DNA of 23,896 nucleotides, filler included, from an uncultured virus (IMG/VR IMGVR_UViG_2124908030_000002) (taxonomy: Duplodnaviria; Heunggongvirae; Uroviricota; Caudoviricetes; Thumleimavirales; Hafunaviridae). It is 4 parts of one record of this genome, joined end to end, with 100 filler letters (N's around TTAATTAATTAA, not from the genome) between each part and the next. Parts side by side here need not be neighbours in the genome. Positions count along the whole stretch, not along the records: positions 2,890 to 22,705 come from IMGVR_UViG_2124908030_000002; 3 more parts are not named here. One strand, 5' to 3'. The notes below the pieces were generated by a model that was not told the origin of the DNA, made no database searches, and worked only from the letters and a program-made list of their open reading frames with translations. A program made the translations under genes and the position numbers. Positions 9,183-17,181 of this stretch are shown here, in pieces (positions within the stretch are counted from its first letter, which is position 1; each line of letters begins with the position of its first letter).

Positions 9183-9605
9183 CTACTGCGCGTTTATCCA
9201 GTCACTATACGTCGGGAACTTGTCTTCAAACCGCTCCTGATACGACTCGTTCAGGGCATGAATCTCGTCCAGTTCGTCACTCGACCAGCGGCCCGATTCG
9301 AGGGCCGGCCCTCGGTGGTGGAGGTGAGGCCACCCTGTCACGATGACTCGGTGTCCGTCTTCGTGGAAGCCGGCAACAAGGTAGTAGGCAACCCCCTTGC
9401 CCCATACCTTCCGGAAGCAAGCACACCCATCTCCGTTGTCACGGAGGTCGCCGTGATTGATGGTTTCCCTGATAACTTCCGGGGTCAGGTATCGCTCCGG
9501 TTCCTTCATCCGCTGAATGAAGTGTCGGAGTGGTGTGTAGAGTTGCGGCTGTTGTGGGTAATCGATGTCTCGGTACTCCCGGCTCCGGTCGATGGGAAGG
9601 TTCAT
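9183..9605 (-). CDS. DUF4258-like protein
   Basis: HFIQRMKE..RYLTPEVIRETINHG and HRVIVTGW. Confidence 0.55.
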   Translation of the reverse strand: MNLPIDRSREYRDIDYPQQPQLYTPLRHFIQRMKEPERYLTPEVIRETINHGDLRDNGDGCACFRKVWGKGVAYYLVAGFHEDGHRVIVTGWPHLHHRGPALESGRWSSDELDEIHALNESYQERFEDKFPTYSDWINAQ

Positions 9606-9614
9606 GGCATCATC

Positions 9615-9878
9615 TTAGTCCTGCGAGATGACCGTCGCTCCGGGGTCGAACATGGCTCGTCCGATGAGGAACTGCGCGACCTTATAGCCGTCAACTTCTC
9701 CGGGGGAGAAGTAAACGAGAGAGTCAACGCTCTTGACTGTCCCGTCGTCGTACTCAATCCTCGCAACTTCCGGCGTCTCCTTCAGCTCCGTGTTCGGATT
9801 GTTTGAAGGAGAAGTCGTGTCGATGTGGACCGTAGACCGGGTGTCGTACCACATCGAGAGGTGACTGACTTCAGCCAT
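9615..9878 (-). CDS. hypothetical protein (87 aa)
   Basis: Acidic ORF with TGATG overlap. Confidence 0.7.
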   Translation of the reverse strand: MAEVSHLSMWYDTRSTVHIDTTSPSNNPNTELKETPEVARIEYDDGTVKSVDSLVYFSPGEVDGYKVAQFLIGRAMFDPGATVISQD

Positions 9879-10390
9879 CAGTTGGCACCTCCCACATAAT
9901 GGGAAACTGAACTTTGGGCAATCCCAAGGACGTTACTAATCTCGGTCTGAGGTAGGTCTTCGTTGTGGTAAAGTTCCATCATCAATAGCTCGTCGGTGAA
10001 GGTCGTTTTCTTTTGATGGTGCGCCCGGTGTTCACCCTCTCCCATCAGCTTGATGTTCGAGGGGCGGTTGTCCCACGGAAGCTCGTTCTGGTGGTGAACA
10101 TCTTTGCCCACTACTGCGTCGAACCCAAACTCACAGACCGCAAGAAGCCTGTGGTGGAAAAAATGGCTGCCGTCAACGTTGAACATCTCGTACCCATCAC
10201 TACTGACATGAAGGGACGGGTGGCCGTACTGGTTGCGAGCAGCTTCCTTCGGACTGCGGGTTTCGACCCCTGCGTCAGCCATCCACCGGGCAACGGTCTT
10301 GCTGACCACATCGCATTTTTCACCGATTTCTGCTTGTGTCATCCCTTCGTCATGGTACAGCCGACGAAGCTCCGACTCTTCAAGAGGCAT
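9878..10390 (-). CDS. HNH homing-type endonuclease with flanking HTH motifs
   Basis: HHRLLA...DVHHQNELPWDNRPSNI...EHRAHH; HTH-like segments at both ends (MTQAEIGEKCDV; LPQTEISNVLGIAQSSVS). Confidence 0.88.
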   Translation of the reverse strand: MPLEESELRRLYHDEGMTQAEIGEKCDVVSKTVARWMADAGVETRSPKEAARNQYGHPSLHVSSDGYEMFNVDGSHFFHHRLLAVCEFGFDAVVGKDVHHQNELPWDNRPSNIKLMGEGEHRAHHQKKTTFTDELLMMELYHNEDLPQTEISNVLGIAQSSVSHYVGGAN

Positions 10391-10521
10391 TACTCTTCAC
10401 CCCCCTGTCGCCAACTCACCGCTGAGTAGAATCTACCCATTATAGCACCGAGGTCGTCAGTTTCGTATGTTTGGCGCAACGTCTCAACGTGTCCGTCATC
10501 GCTAAATTCTACTGATTCCAT
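10390..10521 (-). CDS. hypothetical protein (43 aa)
   Basis: MESVEFSDDG...; TAATG overlap with the HNH gene; first ATG after hammerhead B. Confidence 0.6.
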   Translation of the reverse strand: MESVEFSDDGHVETLRQTYETDDLGAIMGRFYSAVSWRQGGEE

Positions 10522-10538
10522 GATGTCTTTGGTCTGAA

Positions 10539-10606
10539 CGGTCTGGCTCGTCAGGGAGATGGCGACCAGCACACCTCCGACGAGGGGCGACCCCTCGTTT
10601 CGCCGT
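10539..10606 (-). ncRNA. type II hammerhead ribozyme B
   Basis: GGC-GAAA-CGAGGGG(UCG)CCCCUCG-UC^-GGAGGUG(UGCUGGUCGC)CAUCUCC-CUGACGA-GCC-AGACCG; predicted cut at 10579/10578. Confidence 0.92.
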
Positions 10607-10631
10607 TGACTTGAAGCTCGGGCTTTGAGTC

Positions 10632-11546
10632 CTAGTCCTGAATCTCAGCCTCGATACTGTCGCGGTTCTCACCGATAACCCGGCGCGTCTCCTGAGCTAT
10701 CGGGGCAGAGTTGGCTGCGTCCTCGATGTCTTCTCGTAGGTAGAAGAACTCCTGAATGGCTTCTACGGCTTCGTCACCAGCGAGGGCCGGGGCGGAGACA
10801 CCATGCTCGTCAGCCACCGTCGAGATGGCTGAGAGGACGGTGCTACCGTCGCTGAACAGGGTCCAGACACGCTGAAGAACATCGGGGGAGACACGGGACA
10901 GAGCATCGAAGTCGTCACCGTGGAACACATCTGCTGCGATGTAGGGGAAGAAGTCCATCAGCATGGCCAGCTCGTTCACTCCGCAGTGACAATAGGGGCA
11001 GAAGTCCATCTGGTCGGCGAAGGCATCGGTCACGTCGAAGCCGGCTCGGATGTCGTGCTTGTGGTCAGGGTGGGAGTGACCGAGGCCGCACTCTTCAACC
11101 GGACACTCGAACCGGGAGACTCGGGTGTCGCTGACAACGGAACGAGCATCCTGAAGCACGTCCATCACGTCGTCGTCAATCTCCGAGTCGATGTCACCCA
11201 TGACCCCATCGATGGAGTCCACGAGGTTCTGGCTGTTCTCGGACTGAAGCGCGCTGTGGCTGCCGAGCGTCCACATCGAACCCACGGTGTCGAAGCTGTT
11301 GGTGTCGTCCTGTGCGTCGTCGTCGGCGGCGATGAAGTCGTAGTTCATGTTGGTGGTGTCGTCGTCGCTGTCTTCCGCACTGTTCTCGTCGTGTCTCGTT
11401 CTGAAGACTGTTTCTGAAAGGTAATGTCGCTCCTCGATGGAGTAGGCCACGTTGTTTGACCGAAGGGCGGCGGCCACCTCTTTGTGGTCAAACACGTCAA
11501 TCAACTCACCAGTATGCCGGTTAACTACCTTGTATTCCGTTGGCAT
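10632..11546 (-). CDS. acidic Cys/His-rich hypothetical protein (304 aa)
   Basis: CPVEECGLGHSHPDHKH and CPYCHC clusters. Confidence 0.8.
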   Translation of the reverse strand: MPTEYKVVNRHTGELIDVFDHKEVAAALRSNNVAYSIEERHYLSETVFRTRHDENSAEDSDDDTTNMNYDFIAADDDAQDDTNSFDTVGSMWTLGSHSALQSENSQNLVDSIDGVMGDIDSEIDDDVMDVLQDARSVVSDTRVSRFECPVEECGLGHSHPDHKHDIRAGFDVTDAFADQMDFCPYCHCGVNELAMLMDFFPYIAADVFHGDDFDALSRVSPDVLQRVWTLFSDGSTVLSAISTVADEHGVSAPALAGDEAVEAIQEFFYLREDIEDAANSAPIAQETRRVIGENRDSIEAEIQD

Positions 11547-11592
11547 GGGTTGTGTCCCGTCACTTGTATCGTTGCGCCACGGGGGGCGCTGA

Positions 11593-11634
11593 TGGCTAGG
11601 AGAGGAATCGAACCCCTCGCTGCCCTGTCTAGCT
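11593..11634 (-). ncRNA. mini-tRNA (t-element) 2
   Basis: AGCUAG-ACAGGGCAGC-GAGGGG(UUCGAUU)CCUCUC-CUAGCC-A; acceptor stem covaries relative to element 1. Confidence 0.8.
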
Positions 11635-11662
11635 AAAGACTAGAGGCCGAGTCACTTAAGTC

Positions 11663-11902
11663 TTATTTATTACGCCGGAGCTTAATCCGTTCCGGAATAT
11701 CTTTCTCGACTTTTTTCGGCTTTACTACGACGTGCCAACCTCCAATTAGAAGGCGTTGTCTTTCTCCGCCCTGCCACTCAAGCCCGTCGTTTTGGAACAG
11801 GTGTTCACCGGCCCGCTTCGCTTGTTCTTTGGTCGCAAAGATGTGATTATAACGTACTCTGTGCTTTCCGTCTTCTTTGTAGGTAAGTTCCCAAAGTTCC
11901 AT
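11663..11902 (-). CDS. hypothetical basic protein (79 aa)
   Basis: MELWELTYKE...; ATG 2 nt after the upstream stop. Confidence 0.7.
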   Translation of the reverse strand: MELWELTYKEDGKHRVRYNHIFATKEQAKRAGEHLFQNDGLEWQGGERQRLLIGGWHVVVKPKKVEKDIPERIKLRRNK

Positions 11903-11904
11903 GT

Positions 11905-12594
11905 TTAGCTCCTGTCCGGGGTGTTCTCGACAAGCCAGACGGCCTTGCCGATGAACTTCATCTCCTTGTTGGTGAGCCGGTAGCTCTCTCCGTTTGTGGT
12001 AATGTCTCTGTCCATGTCTTCGGTCAGGGTGGCGGCCCGAAGGCCGTAGGCTTGAACCGAAGACCCCTCGGCGACGACGCCGTTGCCTTGTCGCTTCCGG
12101 CTGTCGGTACTCGGGTGGTAGATTTCTGCCTCGAACGTCAGCAGAACGTGACCGTTGATGAGCCACCCGTCGTCTCTGACTTCGACCCGCTCCGATAAGG
12201 CCTCGGCGAAGATGTCCAGCACATCTCCACGGACCATGCCGGCTCTGATGTCGTCGTAGAGGGTGACGAGCGCCTTCACGGTGTCACCATCATGTTCCTC
12301 GTACATCTTTGCCATAGCTTCCACCAAGTCCGTCTTGTGGTGTTCCCCGAGGGTCAGGTCGGGGCAGTCTTCAAGCCGGAGAGTGTAGCACTCCGACTCC
12401 GGGTCGGGGATGATGGTAACGTCTTTCTCCCCGTCAACGCTCTTCATCCATATCTCGTCGCCGTATTCCAGAAGCCCGAACAGGTCGTGACCGTAGAGCA
12501 GCTGGTTCAGGTCCGAACACTTTGTCTTCGTCTCGGTTCCACCGTCAGGTGTGGCTATGAGCCACGAGGTCGGTGTCTCGTCTATTACGTTCAT
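11905..12594 (-). CDS. hypothetical protein (229 aa)
   Basis: Acidic ORF starting MNVIDET with ATGA overlap. Confidence 0.8.
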   Translation of the reverse strand: MNVIDETPTSWLIATPDGGTETKTKCSDLNQLLYGHDLFGLLEYGDEIWMKSVDGEKDVTIIPDPESECYTLRLEDCPDLTLGEHHKTDLVEAMAKMYEEHDGDTVKALVTLYDDIRAGMVRGDVLDIFAEALSERVEVRDDGWLINGHVLLTFEAEIYHPSTDSRKRQGNGVVAEGSSVQAYGLRAATLTEDMDRDITTNGESYRLTNKEMKFIGKAVWLVENTPDRS

Positions 12595-12782
12595 CGTGTT
12601 ACTGACTTGTCGTTGAGGTCGCGCTTCTTCCAGTTTCCACCGCACTTCTGGCAGTTATACGTCTTCTTCCGTTCGTGTCTGTAGACCTGACTGTCGCACT
12701 CCGGGCAAGTGAACCGCCACGGCTCGTCGGGGTCAGGCTTGCTGTCGAAGGCCGTCCGGGTGATTTCTTTAGAGGAAGTCAC
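12591..12782 (-). CDS. small zinc-ribbon protein (CPxCG-like)
   Basis: CPECDS...YNCQKCGG. Confidence 0.8.
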   Translation of the reverse strand: MTSSKEITRTAFDSKPDPDEPWRFTCPECDSQVYRHERKKTYNCQKCGGNWKKRDLNDKSVTR

Positions 12783-15573
12783 GACACTCCTCCTTTGTCA
12801 GCTCTGATGGGTCGATGCCTTTCTCGTGGAAGCCGAGAAGCATCTGGCCTGTCCATGTATCTCGGCGGTGGTTATCATCGAACAAATCGTACACGTCGCT
12901 GTCGTCATCCCAATTTGGGGTGTCAGCCATCAGCCGGTAGCGTTTCGAGCTGCCTTCCAGATGACCATCTTTGAGCGACGGCTTGTGGTTGGGACTGTAG
13001 CGAGTCAACCGTGCGATGATGATGCTTGCCTGATGTATCCTTGACCCCACACCGTCCGTCTTGATGTTCTTGAAGGCCCACCGCGCTCTTTTCAGCACTT
13101 TGTCACAGACAACAGCGAAGAGGGTGTCGTGCTTGTCGTCGTCGGGAACGTTGCCTTTGTCGTCGCTACGGTAGCCGCCGTCGTAGTCATCGAGTAGTTT
13201 GGCCCACTCAATCTGGTCACGGAAGTCTTCGGCGTAGAAGTTCCGGAGCTTTTCAAAGTCATCTCCGAGCAGCTTCACTACTTCGCGGTCATCACTCGGC
13301 CGGTGAGCCATAACCACCATCCGGTCGTCGTCGTACAGCTCTTCAGGAGTCATGGCACCGTCTTCTGTGGCTATTAGTGCTGACGAGGACCACTCGGTGT
13401 ATTCCATGTAAGTGACTACATCATCATAGTCTTCAAGCTCGGACAGTTGAGACTTTGTGACGCAGACAATAGCGGCGTAGTATGCCATGTCGTAGTGGTC
13501 GCTGATGTTCGGGCCGTCGCCCTGAGTGAAGACCATCAACGTGTCTTTGCCGTGGAAGTTGCCGTGCCCTTCCAGCTTTCGCTTCACCTCTTTCATGGTG
13601 AGCCGCTGGTCGATGGAGCTACTATCGGAGCTGGTGCGGAGCTTCAGCTTGTCCGGGTCTTTCTTCTTCGTTGTCTTCGTGTGCTTCTGGTGGATGTCGT
13701 TCGGAACATCCCAACTGTGGTCGTCGTCCTGCTTGACAGGAACGTTCTTCACGACGTTGAAACCGAAGGCATCACCCCAAGCATCGTACTTGCTGGCACC
13801 GTTGATTTTGATTACCTCTGCGTCAGGGTTGTTGTGGCGAAGGACTTTGAAGCGGTCGGTGAAGTTACCGCCTGTCGAAGCTGCCATGTAGACGTTATCG
13901 CAGTCTTCTATGTCTGTCAGGAACGCCCCTAGTCTCTTACTCTTCCGGTTCCGACTGCTGCTAGACCGACCGGGGCCGTTGTAGCAGTACTCAATTTCTG
14001 AGAACAGAGCGTACATCTGGTTCAGAGTATCGTCAGATGTTACGTCGAAGTGGTCGTCGCCTGAGATGAAGTTACGGAACTTCCTTCGTTTTTCTGTCGC
14101 CTTGTACGGGCCGTGCTTTGACACCATCTTCGAGAAGATTTTCCACGAGCTTCTGTCACCGATAAGGGCGCTGCCGGGGTGACTGCCCGACTTCATCTCT
14201 TCTACGACAGCCCGGAGCTGTTTCTTCTCTTCTTCGATGGCCAACGACTGAACGTACTCGAAGAACTGTTTCTGCTCGGAGTCTTTCTTCAGGCTGTCAC
14301 GGGAGCCGGTAGGCTGCGGGAGCATCACGTCGTCGTCGTGTAGCTCCCCGATGACGTTGTTTTTCTCGTTCGTCTCGAAGAGTCGCTGTCCGTCAGAGTA
14401 CCGGCCCCGGTTCGGCCCGTGAACAATCCGGCCTTGTTCGTCCTGAATCTGAATCACTTCGTCCCACAGGGTGCTGAACCGGACTGATGTGTTCCGGTCA
14501 ATAGCCATCGACACCATGAAGGTGTCTTCGTCGTCGGCATGGTAGCCGGTGTCAATAACATCAGGACCGGAGACGAGGGAAAACTCACCGGGACGCTCAA
14601 CCACAATCGGTGGGTCGCCGTACTCTTCAACGAAGTTGCTGGCCTCGTACTCTTCTTCGACCGGGGTGGTCCCGGCGTCGTGTTCTCGGTAGAGAAGCGG
14701 GACACGAAGTTGCTCGGTGTAGTCTTCGACCCATGACTGAAGCTTCGAGAGACTGAACGAATCTTGAACCGGCATCGAGAACCGGGTGCCGTAGAAGTTT
14801 TCTTCTACCTCACCACAGAGTGCGTTAGCACCACCGAGGTAGGAGTAAGCCCGGAAGCCGGGGTGGTCGCCGGGCTGCCGGCTTCGGGTGTCAATTTCTG
14901 CTCCGGCTCCATGCTTGCCGTGAACTAGGGCCGACGACTCTGAACCGATACCGAACATCCCACCGGAGCCGCCGTCAACACCGGAGCCGGACTGGAAGAT
15001 GGTGTTGAAGGCGTCGTCAAACTGTGCCGGGGTCATGCCGATGCCGTTGTCTTCGGTGACTATCTTCCGCTCATCGAGGTACACATCCCACACTATCGTC
15101 GGGTCGTAACCGAGGTTCCGTGAAGCTTCAAGGACTTCATCGATGGGCCGGGGAATCTCTATCCGGCGGAAGTCTGACGGGTCGCTGTCGCCATCATCGA
15201 GCGCGTTCTCGGCGACAGTCTCCCCGGTTTCAGCATCGACCAGAAGGCTCTGTGTGAGCCACCCGTCGTCGTACCGTTCGGAGAGCTGAATCAGGAGCTT
15301 CGAGGCTCGGAAGCAGGCAGCTTCCTCGTTCTGAAGCCACTCTCGAACCCATGCCGAGTCATGCTCGTAGATGAAGTCAGACAGGAACTCTCCGGCACCG
15401 CTCTCTGTCTGTGTCTTCAGGGCTTCGTCACCCGTCTCTTGAACGAGAGGGTGGTCTTCGCCAGCCACACCGAGCTGCTTCACGTCGTTGGTGTCGGGGC
15501 CTGAAAGGACAGGGGGAACGGAAGGGTCACGGCTCTGTTCGTCGGTCGTCGGAAGGTCGATGTTCTCACTCAT
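12769..15573 (-). CDS. GHKL (Hsp90/MutL-type) ATPase-domain protein, rIIA-like architecture
   Basis: Bergerat-fold motifs REWLQN, EDNGIGM, GGMFGIG and GTRF in the N-terminal third, followed by a long unassigned C-terminal region. Confidence 0.85.
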   Translation of the reverse strand: MSENIDLPTTDEQSRDPSVPPVLSGPDTNDVKQLGVAGEDHPLVQETGDEALKTQTESGAGEFLSDFIYEHDSAWVREWLQNEEAACFRASKLLIQLSERYDDGWLTQSLLVDAETGETVAENALDDGDSDPSDFRRIEIPRPIDEVLEASRNLGYDPTIVWDVYLDERKIVTEDNGIGMTPAQFDDAFNTIFQSGSGVDGGSGGMFGIGSESSALVHGKHGAGAEIDTRSRQPGDHPGFRAYSYLGGANALCGEVEENFYGTRFSMPVQDSFSLSKLQSWVEDYTEQLRVPLLYREHDAGTTPVEEEYEASNFVEEYGDPPIVVERPGEFSLVSGPDVIDTGYHADDEDTFMVSMAIDRNTSVRFSTLWDEVIQIQDEQGRIVHGPNRGRYSDGQRLFETNEKNNVIGELHDDDVMLPQPTGSRDSLKKDSEQKQFFEYVQSLAIEEEKKQLRAVVEEMKSGSHPGSALIGDRSSWKIFSKMVSKHGPYKATEKRRKFRNFISGDDHFDVTSDDTLNQMYALFSEIEYCYNGPGRSSSSRNRKSKRLGAFLTDIEDCDNVYMAASTGGNFTDRFKVLRHNNPDAEVIKINGASKYDAWGDAFGFNVVKNVPVKQDDDHSWDVPNDIHQKHTKTTKKKDPDKLKLRTSSDSSSIDQRLTMKEVKRKLEGHGNFHGKDTLMVFTQGDGPNISDHYDMAYYAAIVCVTKSQLSELEDYDDVVTYMEYTEWSSSALIATEDGAMTPEELYDDDRMVVMAHRPSDDREVVKLLGDDFEKLRNFYAEDFRDQIEWAKLLDDYDGGYRSDDKGNVPDDDKHDTLFAVVCDKVLKRARWAFKNIKTDGVGSRIHQASIIIARLTRYSPNHKPSLKDGHLEGSSKRYRLMADTPNWDDDSDVYDLFDDNHRRDTWTGQMLLGFHEKGIDPSELTKEECRDFL

Positions 15574-15713
15574 CTGAGGTCAACAAGGTCGGTTGTTTTC
15601 ATGTCGCTGCTGATGAAGGCTCTCGGGTTGCCTTCTTCCTGAACGCTGTATCTGCTCGAATACTCACTCCACGTTACTTGTGGGGACAGCTCTGGTGGGT
15701 TCTCTTCGTTCAT
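15570..15713 (-). CDS. hypothetical protein (47 aa)
   Basis: MNEENPPELSPQVTWSEY...; ATGA overlaps at both ends; conserved in copy 2. Confidence 0.7.
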   Translation of the reverse strand: MNEENPPELSPQVTWSEYSSRYSVQEEGNPRAFISSDMKTTDLVDLR

Positions 15714-16232
15714 ATTCCGTAGTCTATCGCCGGGTTGTCTTCTATACACCGTCTTGTGNNNNNNNNNNNNNNNNNNNNNNNNNNNNNNNNNNNNNNNNNN
15801 NNNNNNNNNNNNNNNNNNNNNNNNNNNNNNNNNNNNNNNNNNNNNNNNNNNNNNNNNNNNNNNNNNNNNNNNNNNNNNNNNNNNNNNNNNNNNNNNNNNN
15901 NNNNNNNNNNNNNNNNNNNNNNNNNNNNNNNNNNNNNNNNNNNNNNNNNNNNNNNNNNNNNNNNNNNNNNNNNNNNNNNNNNNNNNNNNNNNNNNNNNNN
16001 NNNNNNNNNNNNNNNNNNNNNNNNNNNNNNNNNNNNNNNNNNNNNNNNNNNNNNNNNNNNNNNNNNNNNNNNNNNNNNNNNNNNNNNNNNNNNNNNNNNN
16101 NNNNNNNNNNNNNNNNNNNNNNNNNNNNNNNNNNNNNNNNNNNNNNNNNNNNNNNNNNNNNNNNNNNNNNNNNNNNNNNNNNNNNNNNNNNNNNNNNNNN
16201 NNNNNNNNNNNNNNNNNNNNNNNNNNNNNNNN

Positions 16233-16903
16233 CCCGGAGCCATGCTTGCCGTGAACGAGGGCTGCGACTCTGAGCAGACACCGAACATCCCACCGGAGCC
16301 ACCGTCAACACCGGAGCCAGAGCTGAAGATGGTGTTGAAGGCTTCGTCAAACTCACGAGGAGTCATGCCGATGCCGTTGTCTTCGGTGACTATCTTCCGC
16401 TCATCGAGGTACACATCCCACACTATCGTCGGGTCGTAACCGAGGTTTCGTGAGGCTTCGAGGACTTCATCGATGGGCCGGGGAATCTCTATCTGGCGGA
16501 AGTCTGACGGGTCGCTGTCGCCATCATCGAGCGCGTTCTCGGCGACAGTCTCCCCGGTTTCAGCATCGACCAGAAGGCTCTGTGTGAGCCACCCGTCGTC
16601 GTACCTCTCGGAGAGCTGAATCAGGAGCTTCGAGGCTCGGAAGCAAGCAGATTCCTCGTTCTGAAGCCACTCTCGAACCCATGCCGAGTCATGCTCGTAG
16701 ATGAAGTCAGCCAGAAACTCTCCGGCACCGCTCTCTGTCTGAGTCTTCAGGGCTTCGTCACCCGTCTCTTGAACGAGGGGGTGGTCTTCGCCAGCCACAC
16801 CGAGCTGCTTCACGTCGTTGGTGTCGGGGCCTGAAAGGACTGGGGGAGCGGAATGGTCACGGCTCTGTTCGTCGGTCGTCGGAAGGTCGATGTTCTCACT
16901 CAT
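16233..16903 (-). CDS. GHKL ATPase protein, second variant (3' part in gap)
   Basis: Near-identical to 14903-15573 (offset 1330), with synonymous and a few non-synonymous changes. Confidence 0.85.
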
Positions 16904-17040
16904 CTGAGGTCAACAAGGTCGGTTGTTTTCATGTCGCTGCTGATGAAGGCTCTCGGGTTGCCTTCCTCCTGAACGCTGTATCTGCTCGAATACTCACTCC
17001 ACGTTACTTGTGGGGACAACTCTGGGGTTTCTTCTGTCAT
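16900..17040 (-). CDS. hypothetical protein (46 aa; variant of 15570-15713)
   Basis: MTEETPELSPQVTWSEY...; its ATG lies in the 3' tail of hammerhead C. Confidence 0.7.
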   Translation of the reverse strand: MTEETPELSPQVTWSEYSSRYSVQEEGNPRAFISSDMKTTDLVDLR

Positions 17041-17097
17041 GCTCATCAGGGAAGGGACGACACTCCCTCCCGACAGGGCCGGTCCCTGTTTCGCCAT
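17035..17097 (-). ncRNA. type II hammerhead ribozyme C
   Basis: AUGGC-GAAA-CAGGG(ACCGG)CCCUG-UC^-GGGAGGGA(GUGUCG)UCCCUUCC-CUGAUGA-GC-AUGACA; predicted cut at 17072/17071. Confidence 0.92.
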
Positions 17098-17181
17098 TTA
17101 GGGACTTTTCCCCATTATGACATACTTTTCTTCGTTTTCTTCCATCACTTCCTTTGAAAGTCTAAGAAATCTCTTGTTCAT
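17098..17181 (-). CDS. putative 27-aa peptide
   Basis: MNKRFLRLSKEVMEENEEKYVIMGKSP*; TGATG overlap upstream; stop directly abuts hammerhead C. Confidence 0.45.
   Translation of the reverse strand: MNKRFLRLSKEVMEENEEKYVIMGKSP

Noticed and set aside
8331..11634. Functional tRNA genes or att sites at the GGTTCGATTCC motifs
   Set aside because: No D or anticodon arms. Each has its own complementary 5' acceptor strand, which att-site remnants would not need, and there is no integrase in the window
16900..17097. Extended starts at 17097, 10572 and 18869, and ORF 6219-6476 read through the gap
   Set aside because: The extensions translate through the RNA elements or N runs; downstream ATGs fit the variant copy and protein composition better
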